From NCBI GenBank assembly GCA_965240325.2, contig OZ251222.1, positions 4,092,001 to 4,156,000 of the forward strand: 64,000 nucleotides of DNA, written 5' to 3'. The stretch is from Rebecca billardiae RCC1528 (lineage: Eukaryota; Protista; Haptophyta). Position numbers and translations under genes: made by a program. The first letter of the stretch is position 1. Each line of letters opens with the position of its first letter. Positions 37,327 through 49,235 of this stretch are shown piece after piece. The notes under the pieces were generated by a model. That model saw nothing but the letters and a program-made list of their open reading frames with translations. It ran no database searches and was not told the origin of the DNA.

Positions 37327-40300
37327 TCACGCATGGGCGATCGGTTTCGTGCTGGGGGTGGCGGAGCTCTGCGTCCGTCGCCTCAGCGCTTTGTTGTCTT
37401 CCTTAATCGGCGCTGCTTGTTCCGCCCGGTTGACGAGCTCGATCGCATTTTCGGCTTGGCGCTTCACTCGCATGATTTCGATCGTGAGCGAGATCTGCGT
37501 GGAGAGCGCCTGCGCGACGACGACATCTTCCTGGGAGAAGGGCACGATGTCGTTCGGGTTGCCGACGTACGGATGCTTGTTGATGAGCTGGATGACGCCG
37601 AGCACGTCGCCGTCCGTCGAGCGCAGCGGGATCACGACGACCGACCTCGTGACGTAGCCCGACGACCGATCCACAGCCGGGTTGAACCACGGGTGCTCGT
37701 ACGCATCTTCGACCACGATGGTCTTGTCCTGCGCGATCGCCGCCGCAGCGAGCCCCGCGCGCTGGGCGAGCCCACCGCGCACGGACACGATGAGCGTCCG
37801 ATCGAGACCGGTCGCGTACACCGAGTAGAGCTCCAGCCTGGACGGCTCGTACAGCCAGAGGGAAGATCGATCAATCACAAGCTGCTTCTCGGCGTACGAC
37901 ATGATGCGCCTGCCGATGGTGCTGAGCGAGCGCTCGTGCGTGTGCGCCTCAGCGCCGTGCTCCTCGTCGCGTGTCGCCTCGAGCACCGCGGCGGACTCGA
38001 GCAGCAGGTTGGCGCGCTGCCGCATGCCGAGGGCCTGCTCCTCCATCGCCTTCACCTTCGCCTCCTGCATCGACATCCTGCGCGCCGTGGCATCGACGGC
38101 GCGTCGGTTGGCGCGCACGGCAGACCGCGCGTGTGCGCGCATCGGGGATGGGAGCGAGCGTGAGCGCGCGCCGCCGCTCAGCACGCAGCAGGGTGAGCTG
38201 CACGCCCAGCAGGCCGCAGGGCATAGCCGGACGCGCGCACGGCGCGCGCCTGTGCATGATGCGCCTCATGCGGATGAAGTTGTACGCACGCAGCCACGCC
38301 ATGCGCGCGGCATGCCGCCGCCGCAGCACGGCCTCGCCCGACGAGCCCGAGGCGCGGAGCACGAGCACGGCGCACTTGCCGATCAGCTCTGCGCGCGCGA
38401 GGGGCGCCGCAGGGCGTGCGGGCGGGTGGCAGGTGAGGGCGTCTCGGACGACTCGCGCGCGCGGGCGGCGCGGGCGAGAGCGCGCGACCGCGCGCGCGCG
38501 CGCACCCATCGCCGCCTGCTCGAGCTTGCCCAGCGGCTCCGCCCCTTCGTCCATGGCACGGCTGGGTGGCGCTGCGACTCCCGCCGATTCGGCGTCGTTC
38601 GGCCGCGTCGGCTCGATCTCGAGCACGACGTGTTCGGACGTGCTCACGGGGAGCGACGTGTACAGCGGGCCCGCCGGCTCGCCCGGGCTGACGCGCCTCG
38701 CGCGCTCGAGCTGGCCCGAGGGCAGCGCGCGCAGCATCGGCCCGTGCGTCTCGTCCGGCAGGTCGTCGATGGAGCGCGGCGGCGCGTGGGTGAACGAGCC
38801 CACGCCCGCGGCCGCGACGTACGCGTCGTCGCTCGTGACCGCGCGGATCACCTCCTCGTCCTCCTCCTCCAGGTTGGACGCGTCCGCGTCGCTGCTCACG
38901 TTGTACAGCGCGCGGTGGGCGGACGCGAGCGACTGGTTGCGGCTGTCGAGCCACTCGGCGGTGAGGTGGGCGCGCAGCGAGCGCGAGCGAAAGCTGCCGA
39001 TCTGCTCGCCCTCGCCCTCGGCCGTGCCCTCGCCCTCGCCCTCGCCCTCGCCCTCGCCCTCGGAATCGTCGTCGCTGCCGTCCGTCTGCCGCCTGCCCTC
39101 GTGCACGTGCCACACGGCCAGCCTGGAGAGCGCGCCGAGCGGCCGCGCCGAGGCCACGACCGTCTCGAGCTGCATGCGGCGCGGCGGGTACGTGATGGCG
39201 GCGGCGGCGCGGCGCATGACCGACGTGCACTCGCGCTGCACGCGCTCGAAGCGCGCGCGCGCCGAGAGCCTCTCGAGGCGCGAGCGGCGCACGTCGAGCA
39301 GCCGCGCCTGCAGCGTGCGCGCCGCCCAGCCGGCGCAGATGAGCGTAAGCTCCGCAAACGGGGAGCCGCCCTCCTCGCGGCTGCGCCCCACGAGCTGCAG
39401 CACGCCCTCGGCGCTGCTGGCCTGCGCGCGGCCCGCGCCGCCCTCGCCCGCGCCCGCTGGGTGCTCCGCGCCGGCCTCGCCCTCGGCCGGAGCACCGTCC
39501 GCCGCGTCGGCGTTCGCCGAAGCCGCCGGTGCCGACGAGTCGGTGCGCGCGCGCAGAGGCACAGCAATCATGGGCGTCAGGTCGGCGACGCGCCCGTCGT
39601 CGCGCAGGCTGTAGCGCTCGTCCTTGCTCGCGTCGTCGACGACGATGGTGCTGCCCGTGTCCACCGCCATGCCGACGATCCCGCTCCCGACGAACGCCCA
39701 GCTCGAATCACCGCCGCTGCCGAGCACCTCCAGCCGGGCGCGCGCGAGATGGTCCCGCACGAGCACGCGAGCGGTGGCGCAGCCGAGCGCGGCCGGCAGC
39801 GCCGCCTTGACCACGTCGGCAATCTCCGCTTCCGTCTGCGCCTCCGCCAGCTGGGCAAGCGCCTCGAGCAGGGCGCCGAGGCGCTCCGCCTCCGGCAGCG
39901 GTGCCGACGGCTTCGCGCCCGCGCCGGCCGCCTCGTCAGCGGCCGCCTGCTTCTCGCGCAGCGTCAGCCGGATCTCATGGTGCTGCGAGCGCGCCGCGAT
40001 CAGGCTGCCCCGGCGCGCGCTGATGGAGCGCACGGGCCCGGCCTGCGATTGCGCGCCGGCGGCGGCCGCGCTGCGCTGCTCGGCCTCGCGAGCGCGCTGC
40101 CTCGACTCGAAGGCCGCCGCGCTCTCGAGGCGCTGCGTGACGATCGCCGCCTTCTCGCCCAGGTCGCGCGCCCCGAATCTGGACGCGCCGAGCATCACGG
40201 CCACAGACTCGCGGCCGCCGCGCTCGAGCGGCTCCTCGTGCAGCGGCAGGTGCGGCTTGCCGCCAAACCCGCGGTGGCGTCCGATGGAGTTGCGCCGGGC

Positions 40301-41431
40301 GGGTGACGGCAGCATCTCGCTTCTGGAGAGCAGCACCTTCTGCGCGAACGGCGACGGCGCGGCGCTCGCGTGATGGTGCTGGCTGCCACTGGGCGAGCCC
40401 ACGCCGCTAGCACTCGCCCATCGCGGGAGCGCGCCGCCCGCGCCCGGCGAGGCGGGCGTGTGGATTGGCCGCGGCAGAGCCTCGGGGCCCTGCGGGCGGA
40501 ACACCTGTTGGAACCGCTGGGTGCTGAGCGGGGGCGTGCCTTCGACGAGTGCCGCCGACGCCGACGCGAGGACCGACGCCACGCTGCCTTCAGGTCGCAC
40601 GCCCTCCAGTGCATCAGCAGCATCGTAGCTGGCGGCCGCATCGCCGGTACCAGTAGCAGCCGTGAGCGCGGCACCCGCAGGCGCCGCGCCGTGCAGGATG
40701 GCGAACTGGCGCGGGGCCTGCGCCGGCGGAGTGTCAGAGGACCACCGGCCACCGGCGCGGAGGTCGCGGCAGCCCCGCGCCTCACGCCTCGCCCCGGCTG
40801 CCTCGCCCGCCGCGCTCGCCGAGCGCTGGGCGCTTCCCTCAGCCGCCGCGCTCGCGGAGGCGTGCGTGAGCCCAGAGCGCTGCTCGTGCGCGTCCGGCCC
40901 GGCAGCGTCGTTGCCAAGCGCACTCGCCTGCGCGAACGTCTTCGGGGGCGGCCGTGGCTCACTGGCGGGAGGCGCCGTCACCGAGTCCCGCCGGCGATCG
41001 TCGGCCTTCGTAGCGGAGGCTGCGCCAGCAGCAGGCTCGCCCCCATTTGGCCAGGCGCGCTCTTTTGCAGCCGCGTCCACAACAGGCGCTGTCATCTCGG
41101 CTTCCTCGTGGCGGGAGGTCCACGGCGCGACGGGGCTGGTGCTCGAGCGAACTCTTGGCACGACTGCAGGGGACGTCGATGGGCGGGAAGACGAGTCCAG
41201 CGCCGTGCCTTGCCATATGACGCCTGCCGGTGCCCGGCCCGCGCGATTTCGGCGGCCCGTCGTCATGATGCGGTGCAGCTCGAGGTCGGAGGCGTTCGTG
41301 GACGGGTACTGCTCGCGCAGGTTCATGGCGCCTATGGCACGGATGCGACGCCCGCTCTCACGCGACTGGTGGTCGAGCAGAGCTTGCTTCGCCTCGAGCT
41401 GAGCTTGCAGGAGGTCTTCGCGGTCCGGCAT
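37327..41431 (-). CDS. Large GAF-domain protein; introns 38389-38505 (GT-AG) and 38078-38249 (GC-AG)
   Basis: Two GAF-like domains (GIVGMAVDTGSTIVVDDASKDERY; VEDAYEHPWFNPAVDRSSGYVTRSVVVIPL...VLGVIQLINK). Confidence 0.8.
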
Positions 41432-41521
41432 GGTGTTTGCGGGGCGGCGGGCGGACCCCGACGTTACCCAAGACGCGCGTGCTGCGTGCAGGCGCTAAAC
41501 CGCTTCGCTGCTCATGCTCAG

Positions 41522-41569
41522 TACAGTTTACTAAGAATAAGAGACGCACAGAGCTCAGGCAGGCGAGAT
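41522..41569 (-). repeat. 48-nt dispersed micro-element, copy 2
   Basis: Reverse complement of copy 1 with one mismatch. Confidence 0.9.
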
Positions 41570-42356
41570 AAGTAAAAGCGACATTACGTATTTGAAAGAG
41601 TGCCGAGCGCTCATCGTCAGTTCGCTCGGTGGGGGTTGGTCCGGCAATCCTTGGGTCCGGTACGGTACGGCCAGATGGTGGCGGGTACTTCGATGGTGGC
41701 TGTCCAGGTAGTGCGGCACGTCCGTGCCTCTGGACGGGCATTGAGCCGTGGCGAGGTCGCCAAATCGCGCGGCGTGGTCCCAGAGAAGGCTGCTACTATC
41801 CCTGACCAGCTTGCTAGCCATGCCGGTCGTTGATCACCCCGCCGTTGACAGGCGCGCACACGCCACGCGTAATCGCATGGCAGCCGTGTCGGACGGCGGT
41901 CGCACGACTACCGCGTAGCCAACATTGATCGTCAGACTCACGACATGTGGGGTCAGGCAGAACATTGATAGGTCTGCACCCTCGCCTGGCATGCCCCAGA
42001 GGTCAACACAGCTATCAGAAGGGTGATCCTGCCCGCTACTTGCCCATCCTTCCCATGCGCAGTCTCGCGCGCGCCGGTCACACGATGACGTGGATGTGGA
42101 CGTGAGAGTGGTCGAAAAGTCGGAAGGGAAGCTGTCACGCACGCACGCGCGCTCGTACGGCGACGCCGACCGGCGAGTGCAACGCCCCCCTGTCCCGGAC
42201 GTTGCACTCGCGCCTTGGATCGCGGTGGGACGGCCATTCACGCCCGCCATGGCTTCCCGGTTCCGAAGTCCCCAACGTCTCATCTGACCCCCCGTACGTC
42301 CGGCTTGCAGACTGTCACCCGGACCGGGCGTGACCTCGACGTGAGCAACCGCGGAG

Positions 42357-44057
42357 ATGGCTGCGACGCTCATGCGCGTCGCGCTGCTACTGGCAGCTCA
42401 GCTCGCTGCCGGCCAGCCCGCCGCTGGCATCGGCGAAGAGCTCGCTGCGGGCAGCCAGTCGAATGCGAGTGACGCGGTCGCGCCTCTCCCCGCGCGTACC
42501 GACTCGGCGAGCGCCAGGTGCCGCTCGGTCCGGAGCAGCGGTGCCTCGCGCGTGCTGTTTGTGTATGCCCGCGACATGCCGGGCATTCTGGCCACTCTGA
42601 GTAGCTTCTCCGAGAGCGGTTGGCAGATCGGCATCCTCACGCCGCACTGCCCACGGCTCATCCCCCGCTACCTGTGCCCGTTCGAGTCGACGCCCGCGCC
42701 CTCCCGAGCAGCGCTGCCCTTCTCGCGGCAGACGTTCAGGCAGCTGACCAAGGCGGACGTCACGGAGGCGATCGCCGACTTTGGGCCATCCCTCGTCATA
42801 CCGGACCTGGCAGCGACGTCGCGGCTGCTCGTGCGGGCCTATCGGAGCGTCGAAGGCAGCACAGATCCCAAATGGCAGCGCGTGGCGATGGCCCTCCGTT
42901 GCTCGCTGCCCCTCGCGCGCCAGGAGTGGAGCTCCCTGGGCATCAAGTCGGCGATGCTCGACATCGCACGACGCGTGGGGGTGCGAGTGCCACGCGCGGT
43001 GATCGTGCCTGCCACGGGCGCGAGCGACGAGCAGCTGCAGCAGGCGCTCTCGCTCGTGCCAGTGGCGATCAAGAGCGACAGCGACGGCGCCGGCCTCGGC
43101 GTCAAGATCTGCCCCACGCGCGAGTGCGTCAGCTCGAGACTCCAGATGTACGCCCTGGGCAAAATACCTTGCACCGTGCAGCAGTACGTCAACGGCACGA
43201 ACATCGCCTTCAACGCCGTCTTTCTCGATGGCAAGATGGTCGCGGGCTTTGCGCAGGCGCCGCTCGCCACGTTCGGAGCCAAGGGCATCTCGGTCGTGAG
43301 TGTCACCATGAACGCGCCCGATGCCGGCATTGGGCTTGCCGCGCTGGCCAAGGCGCTCGGGTACACCGGCGTCGCCTCGGCCGATTTCCGCATCGACGCG
43401 TCCGGCCGGGCCTTCATGACGGACCCGAACTTCCGCGCCAACCCAAACGCGGCGCTCGACGGTGCGGCGCTCGGAGCGGGTATGAGCCTCCCGCTGCGGC
43501 TCCGGCTCGCCCTCGCGGACGAGGCCCGGGGGCGGGCGAAGCAAGGCAGCGTGTGGGCAGGCCCGCTGCACCTAGCCCGCTCGCTCGCGTACGCGCGGTA
43601 CCAGCCGAGCTTCGGCTTGCTCGACCTGATGCTGTGCGACGACGTGTACGTGCCAGTGCAGTGGCCATTCCACACCGCAGTGGCGAGCATGGCGCGCGCT
43701 CAGCCGCTCGCCGTCGATCGTGCCACGTGCGAGATCCGGTCGTGGACGGCCGGATTCGGTCGCGGTGGCGCGACGCTGCGCCAGATGTGCTCAGATCCGA
43801 GCGGCACGCATCTGCACTGCTCGGGCGTGTGCACGCCGCTCCGCGTGCGCACGCCCGCCTACACGCCAGCCGACCTGCCGATGCTGTGCAGCGCCGCGGG
43901 CGGGTGGCGCGAGCGACACACCAACTGCGCGCTCAGGGCAGGCCGCCCCAAGCTGAGCCTCAAGCAGCGCGATGTGCTCTTCTGCGAATACGACCGCGGA
44001 CCGGCGCACATGCTCAGGGCAACAACGAGAGTAACTCGATCATCACGACAGCACTGA
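42357..44057 (+). CDS. ATP-grasp fold protein with signal peptide
   Basis: K..M...A...GV.VP, PVAIKSDSDGAGLGV, VQQYVNG, GYTGVASADFRID...FMTDPNFR. Confidence 0.75.
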   Translation: MAATLMRVALLLAAQLAAGQPAAGIGEELAAGSQSNASDAVAPLPARTDSASARCRSVRSSGASRVLFVYARDMPGILATLSSFSESGWQIGILTPHCPRLIPRYLCPFESTPAPSRAALPFSRQTFRQLTKADVTEAIADFGPSLVIPDLAATSRLLVRAYRSVEGSTDPKWQRVAMALRCSLPLARQEWSSLGIKSAMLDIARRVGVRVPRAVIVPATGASDEQLQQALSLVPVAIKSDSDGAGLGVKICPTRECVSSRLQMYALGKIPCTVQQYVNGTNIAFNAVFLDGKMVAGFAQAPLATFGAKGISVVSVTMNAPDAGIGLAALAKALGYTGVASADFRIDASGRAFMTDPNFRANPNAALDGAALGAGMSLPLRLRLALADEARGRAKQGSVWAGPLHLARSLAYARYQPSFGLLDLMLCDDVYVPVQWPFHTAVASMARAQPLAVDRATCEIRSWTAGFGRGGATLRQMCSDPSGTHLHCSGVCTPLRVRTPAYTPADLPMLCSAAGGWRERHTNCALRAGRPKLSLKQRDVLFCEYDRGPAHMLRATTRVTRSSRQH

Positions 44058-45454
44058 CGACACTGCTGGTAGTCGTCCGCCTGGACGAGTAGCAGCGGCG
44101 CGTCACATGAGTTGACCCATCTGGCCCTTGGCCTTGGCGCGCTGGCCTCCGGCCGTGCCCCTAGCCTCCGCCACCCTAGCAGCCCTATATAGGTGGGGCA
44201 GGGCCCGGGTCGGCGGGGTGTGAGTGTGTGACGAGCCCAGGGGCCAGGTTCCCCAGCATCCAGCACGACTGCATAGTGCAGCAGCCCGCCGGTGGGCCGG
44301 GCTGCGACGTCGACTACAACCTCCTCCCCTTCATTGCCCAGAGCGCACTAAGCTAGGCGGCGCGCTCACTCTCCAAGCCCCTACTCTTCTGCAGCTGCGC
44401 GCCGCTTGGCCGGCGCGCGGCGACGCGTACTACGACCTCATCCTCTTCCAGGCGCCCACGCGGGCGCACGGGGGCGACAGCCGCGGCTGCCGCCTGCCGC
44501 AGCTGCTCGCCGCTAGGTCGGCGGGCGGCGACATCGACTACGACCTCACCCTCATCCAAGTGCACCATGTGATCGCAATCACGCCGGCCGACCGCCGACC
44601 TGCCCCGTGTGGCGGGCGTGCTGTTGCGCAACACGGCATCAAGCGCTCCGGACCGCGATCGGCACACGCCGCGTTGATCGTCTATCTGCAAGCGGCGATC
44701 GAGCTGTCGCACATCAACTCGGGTCCCAACACATGCCGCTTCCTCGACGTGAGTGCTCGTCCTCAGGTCGACGTCGTCTTCAGCTTCAGCATCAAGCACA
44801 ATACATACAGCTGCAAAATACTGGGAGGGCGCCCACGGCACCCTGCAAACTTTCAGCTCCAAGCTCTCACCTGGATGGAGCAGCAGCGGCGTCCGCGTGG
44901 GCAGTCTTCGCACCGGGACGGCTGCAAAGCCAACAAAGCGAGAGTTGCGTGCGACGGCGCCGTGCGGCCGGGCTGCGCGCTCACAGATGAGCGCGGTCCG
45001 GGGCAGCCCAAGGAGGCGTTCCTCTCGGACGGCCGCCTCACGCGCGCCGAGGCGTATACCCAGTTCGTTCCTGGCGATGCGATTGCACGACCCCTGCCGG
45101 GGGCGTGGCGCCCTCTGCTGACGAAGCCGCCGCTGTTCACGTCTCCGTTTTCGAAGACAGCCCCGGCCCCAGATGGGGCTGGAGATGGCCAAGAGGCCCT
45201 GAATAAGGTCATCGGCGGAGCTTGGGCGGAGGGCCACCCGCTGCCATGCTTCTGAGTTCTGAGACGTGGATAAATAATCCTAAAAATGGCCATCAAGGGC
45301 GCCCTCTCGCCGCCTCGGCCGGCCAATCAGCTGCGAGGGTTGCCGTTCGGCCATCACTCTTGATCGGTCTCCCACCGGATGCCGAAGCCGGCGTCGTTGC
45401 TGGGTTTGCTACTCACACAGCTGTCCACCCAGGTCACGGACAAGGAGGCGCACC

Positions 45455-46546
45455 ATGCTGCGCCAATCGCAGAGTGGCGCATGGGATGGCGGCGCAGATG
45501 ACGGTGGCGAGCTCGACGAGGAAGACGCAGCGGCGCTCGAGCGCCGCGGCGCAGAGCTCCAGAACGCCGGCCATACGGCGGAGGCGCTCGACTGCTTTGA
45601 GCAGGCCCTGCACACGCGGCGCACACACGCGCTCGGGGAGCGCGGCCCGCGCGTGCGGCGCGCGCAGCACACGGTCGCGGATGTGTGCAACTCGCTTGCG
45701 ATGCAGCGCCTTTCCGAGGACGCCTTCGACGAGGCGCGCGCCCTCCTCCGCCGCGCGGAGAGCCTGTCTGAGCGCGACAGCTCGCTGCGCGCCATCACCT
45801 ACAACAACATGGCATGCCTGCACCGGCGGGAGGGGCACCTGCGCACGGCGTTACAGTACCTGATGAAGGCGTTGGAGATCGAATCCGCCCTGCCCGACGC
45901 GCACAACCCGTCAGACACCCATCTCAACATCTGCGCGATCCAGTCGCAGCTCGGCCGGCACGAGCTCGCGCTCGAGCACGCGCAAGCAGCGCTCGTGATG
46001 CTGCACGACGAGCTGTTCGACGACCAGCACGCCACGCTCGACGGGACGCAGCCGTTCCCACCGGCCTCGGAGCGCATGTCCGTGCTCGCCATCGCCTACC
46101 ACAACATGGCCGCCGAGCAGGAGTTCCTGGGGCAGTGGGAGTCTGCGCTGCTGTCGTACAAGCGCGGCATGCAGCTCGCGCGGCTGCACGTCGGCCAGGG
46201 CCACCCCGTCACCGACGCGCTGACGCAGGCGCACAAGACGGCGCGCAGGACCATCGAGCGCAAGCTCGAGGCGCAGGAGCAAAAACGCGCCACCCGCATG
46301 ATGCACGCGACTAAGAGCCGCGTGAGCGCAGGCGGCCCAGGGCCGCCGCGGCTGCACGCGGGCAGCGGCAGCGCCGGCGGCTCGCGACCAGGCAGCCAGC
46401 CCGGCAACGCTCGGCCGCAGTTCAACCGCACGAACTCGGGCGGCGCGCTGCCCGCGGCTGAAGCGCGGCTGCACGGCGTCTACGGGACGCCGCGCTCGCG
46501 CCCGTCCCGCCCAGCCTCCGCCGCGGCGGCGAACCGCAGGCGTTGA
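45455..46546 (+). CDS. TPR-repeat protein
   Basis: AITYNNMACLHRREG.L..ALQYL.KAL.IE, DTHLNICAI.SQLGRH..AL, AIAYHNMA.EQEFL. Confidence 0.9.
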   Translation: MLRQSQSGAWDGGADDGGELDEEDAAALERRGAELQNAGHTAEALDCFEQALHTRRTHALGERGPRVRRAQHTVADVCNSLAMQRLSEDAFDEARALLRRAESLSERDSSLRAITYNNMACLHRREGHLRTALQYLMKALEIESALPDAHNPSDTHLNICAIQSQLGRHELALEHAQAALVMLHDELFDDQHATLDGTQPFPPASERMSVLAIAYHNMAAEQEFLGQWESALLSYKRGMQLARLHVGQGHPVTDALTQAHKTARRTIERKLEAQEQKRATRMMHATKSRVSAGGPGPPRLHAGSGSAGGSRPGSQPGNARPQFNRTNSGGALPAAEARLHGVYGTPRSRPSRPASAAAANRRR

Positions 46547-46847
46547 CCATCATGAGTGAGACTTCGTCGTCACGGCGGCGACTAAGAAAAGACTAAAGAG
46601 TGGCGGGACGGAGGGCAAGGGCCGTTACAATCGTCGCATCAGCATATATTTTATTATTTGTTATACGGCCCGCCATTATATTGATTTTGAAACGGTATAT
46701 TGATGATAGACGGTTATAAATAATTCCAACGCGCGCCGTCTGGATGAAGATTTCGTCGGACGTCGCCGGGTCCGCGGGCCGGGGCGGCGGGCACGCGAGA
46801 CCTCGACGCCGACGGCTCGGGCTACGACGGGCTCACCACCCCGGCCC

Positions 46848-48920
46848 TCACCACTGCTCGCCGCCGTCGTCGTCGTCATTGGCCAGCAGAAGCTCTGCGC
46901 GGTCGGCAGCGCTGAGCAGGCTGCCGCCGAGGCGCGGCGGCGGGCTCTCGGCGGTGGCGAGTCTGGCGACCGCACGCGCGGCCGCGGTGCGCACGAGCGC
47001 GACGGCCGCTCCCACGACGACGGACGCCACGCACACAAAGCCCAGCAGCTGCGGGCCGTCCGCACTCAGGTACGCCGGCGCGTCTCGCCTTCCCGCGAGC
47101 GAGGGCTGCTCGTCCGTGTGCGAGAAGGCGATCGTCTCCGTCCACGCGGTGCGCTCGCCTCGCCCGAGTGAGAGCAGCAGGATGGGCTCGGGGGACAGCG
47201 TGTGCGCCTCGGCGTACAGGTTGAGAGCGTACAGCGGGAGCGGCGTGCCATCCGCCAGCTGGCCGTACGCACCGTCGAGCGCGAGGGTGCGCCGCACGTG
47301 CACGCCGCCGCCGGGCAGCTCGAGGCTGAATGCGCCGCTCGGCGCAAAGCCGAGCGCCGCGCCATCAAACATGGCCTTGAGCTTGGTGGGCTCGCGCACG
47401 CGCCGCGTCGTCTCGAGCGTCTCGGGCCCGACGGCGCGCGCGTACGCGGCCAGGGGCTCGGCCCACGCGCAATCCGCGTACGCGCTCGCGTTCACGCCGT
47501 CCAGCCTGAGCCGCCACCCCGCGCCGATCGGCTCCCCTTCGAGCTGCAGGAAGTTGTGCGAGTAGTAAGGCACGCTGAACGGCCGCTCGCCCACGTTCTC
47601 GAGCACGGTGTGCACCGTGAGCGCGCCGCCCGAGACCGAGACGCGGCGGCGGAGGCGGTAGCCCCACGCGCGGCCGAGCGTGTCCTCGGTCTCCATCTCG
47701 ACGTGCGTGCTGCTCGACTGCACGCGCCACGCCGCCGTGCTCGCAAACTCGTAGGGCTGGTTGAAGCGATAAATGTCGGCGCGCGCGCTGCCGTTGCACG
47801 CGGGGCACGAGCCCTTCAGCAGCTTGCCCACGCCGATCTTGAGGAAGGGCGCGCCTGGCGCGGCGTCCTCGTAGCCGAGGACGCCGTTGGCCGGCGCGAG
47901 CGACGCGCCGTACGCGCCCCAGCCCGGCCCGCACAGCGCGCCGTCGTCACCGCAGCCAAACTCGGCAGCCATCCCCAGGGCGGACTCTGGCCACTGCGGG
48001 TCGTGCGGCGCGCGCCACGCGGTGGGCGGGCTGAGCACGCGCCCGTCCGACAGCTCGAACGCGCCGATCATCGTGCCCCAGTCGAAGCGCGAGCTGGCGT
48101 AGTACCCCGGATCCGCGAGCGAGAAGGGCGGCAGGTACACCGTCGCCGACTTGAGCGCGAACGGCCGCGCCCCCTGTGGCGCGGGCGTGGCGCTGAGCAC
48201 GACCTTGGGGTAGGCGCGCATGTCCACGGCGGGCGGCGGAGCCGGCGGGCTCGCGGGCGGCGGACGCGGGCGGGGCGGCGGGGATGGCGGCGAGGATGGT
48301 GGCGAGGGCGCCAGCGGCGGCGGCGTGGGCGGGAGGGCCGGTAGACCGAGGGAGACGGGCGGCAGTGCGGACGTGGAGGACGGCGATGGCGACGGTGCGG
48401 GCGAGGCGGAGGGCGCCTGCGACGTCGTCGCCGGCGGCGGCCCGGGAGGCCCTTTGCCAGCCATGGACGGCTGCGCAGATGAGGCTTCGGGCTCGAAGGA
48501 TGCACCTTCGCCTGCCTCGGCACCCGTGCACTGCAGCAGCTGCGGAGGCGCGTTGTCTTCGGTCGAGTACTCCCAGTCTGGGTCCGCCCTCATCCGCAGC
48601 ACGGCGCGCGTGCGCACGACGCGGCCGTGGAGGCCGCAGCCGGGTGAGTTGCATGAGATGGAGACTTGCCACTCGTCCGAGGCGTCCGAGCTCCCGCCCA
48701 CTGGCGACCACTCCTCTGCGCCGACCTTGACCTGGAACTCCACCGCGCCGACATCGTCGGCGGCCACGCCAATCCCGCCCAGGGAGGCGCGCGGCAGCGT
48801 GAAGCTCAGAGCGGTGCATGCCGCGTCGAACGCAGCCACGCTGTGCGGCTTGGCGACATCGAGTGCACCCACGGCCGACAGGGTGGCGACGAAAGCGGCG
48901 GACGATACACTGTGTCGCAT
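46848..48920 (-). CDS. Type I membrane protein with Pro-rich linker and galactose-mutarotase-like beta domain
   Basis: Signal-like N-terminus, YLP...GYY.SSRFDW, FLKIGVG.L, L.N.G.......Y.HNF, C-terminal TM. Confidence 0.65.
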   Translation of the reverse strand: MRHSVSSAAFVATLSAVGALDVAKPHSVAAFDAACTALSFTLPRASLGGIGVAADDVGAVEFQVKVGAEEWSPVGGSSDASDEWQVSISCNSPGCGLHGRVVRTRAVLRMRADPDWEYSTEDNAPPQLLQCTGAEAGEGASFEPEASSAQPSMAGKGPPGPPPATTSQAPSASPAPSPSPSSTSALPPVSLGLPALPPTPPPLAPSPPSSPPSPPPRPRPPPASPPAPPPAVDMRAYPKVVLSATPAPQGARPFALKSATVYLPPFSLADPGYYASSRFDWGTMIGAFELSDGRVLSPPTAWRAPHDPQWPESALGMAAEFGCGDDGALCGPGWGAYGASLAPANGVLGYEDAAPGAPFLKIGVGKLLKGSCPACNGSARADIYRFNQPYEFASTAAWRVQSSSTHVEMETEDTLGRAWGYRLRRRVSVSGGALTVHTVLENVGERPFSVPYYSHNFLQLEGEPIGAGWRLRLDGVNASAYADCAWAEPLAAYARAVGPETLETTRRVREPTKLKAMFDGAALGFAPSGAFSLELPGGGVHVRRTLALDGAYGQLADGTPLPLYALNLYAEAHTLSPEPILLLSLGRGERTAWTETIAFSHTDEQPSLAGRRDAPAYLSADGPQLLGFVCVASVVVGAAVALVRTAAARAVARLATAESPPPRLGGSLLSAADRAELLLANDDDDGGEQW

Positions 48921-49025
48921 GAGGGCGACCGGCCTCGTCCCTTTGGACGACGACGGCGCGCCGAGCCTTTCAAAAGACCGCACTGGCTGGCAACCGAGGG
49001 CCCTGATGAGATTCGCATCAGAATA

Positions 49026-49069
49026 CGCCTGCCTGAGCTGTGTGCGTCTCTTATTCTTAGTAAACTGTA
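49026..49069 (+). repeat. Dispersed micro-element, copy 3 (44 nt exact)
   Basis: CGCCTGCCTGAGCTGTGTGCGTCTCTTATTCTTAGTAAACTGTA. Confidence 0.9.
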
Positions 49070-49235
49070 TCGATCGCAGCAGATCGCCGCCGACTCTGTT
49101 GTCAACAACTCAACACTAAGTTCAAGTTGTTGCGGCCCGGCTTGTCCGTCAGGGGCGGATGTCGCTGACTGTACGTCACCACGTCAGCGAGGCTCACAAT
49201 AGCCGACGAGGCAGACGTGCTCGGCACCGTCAGGG

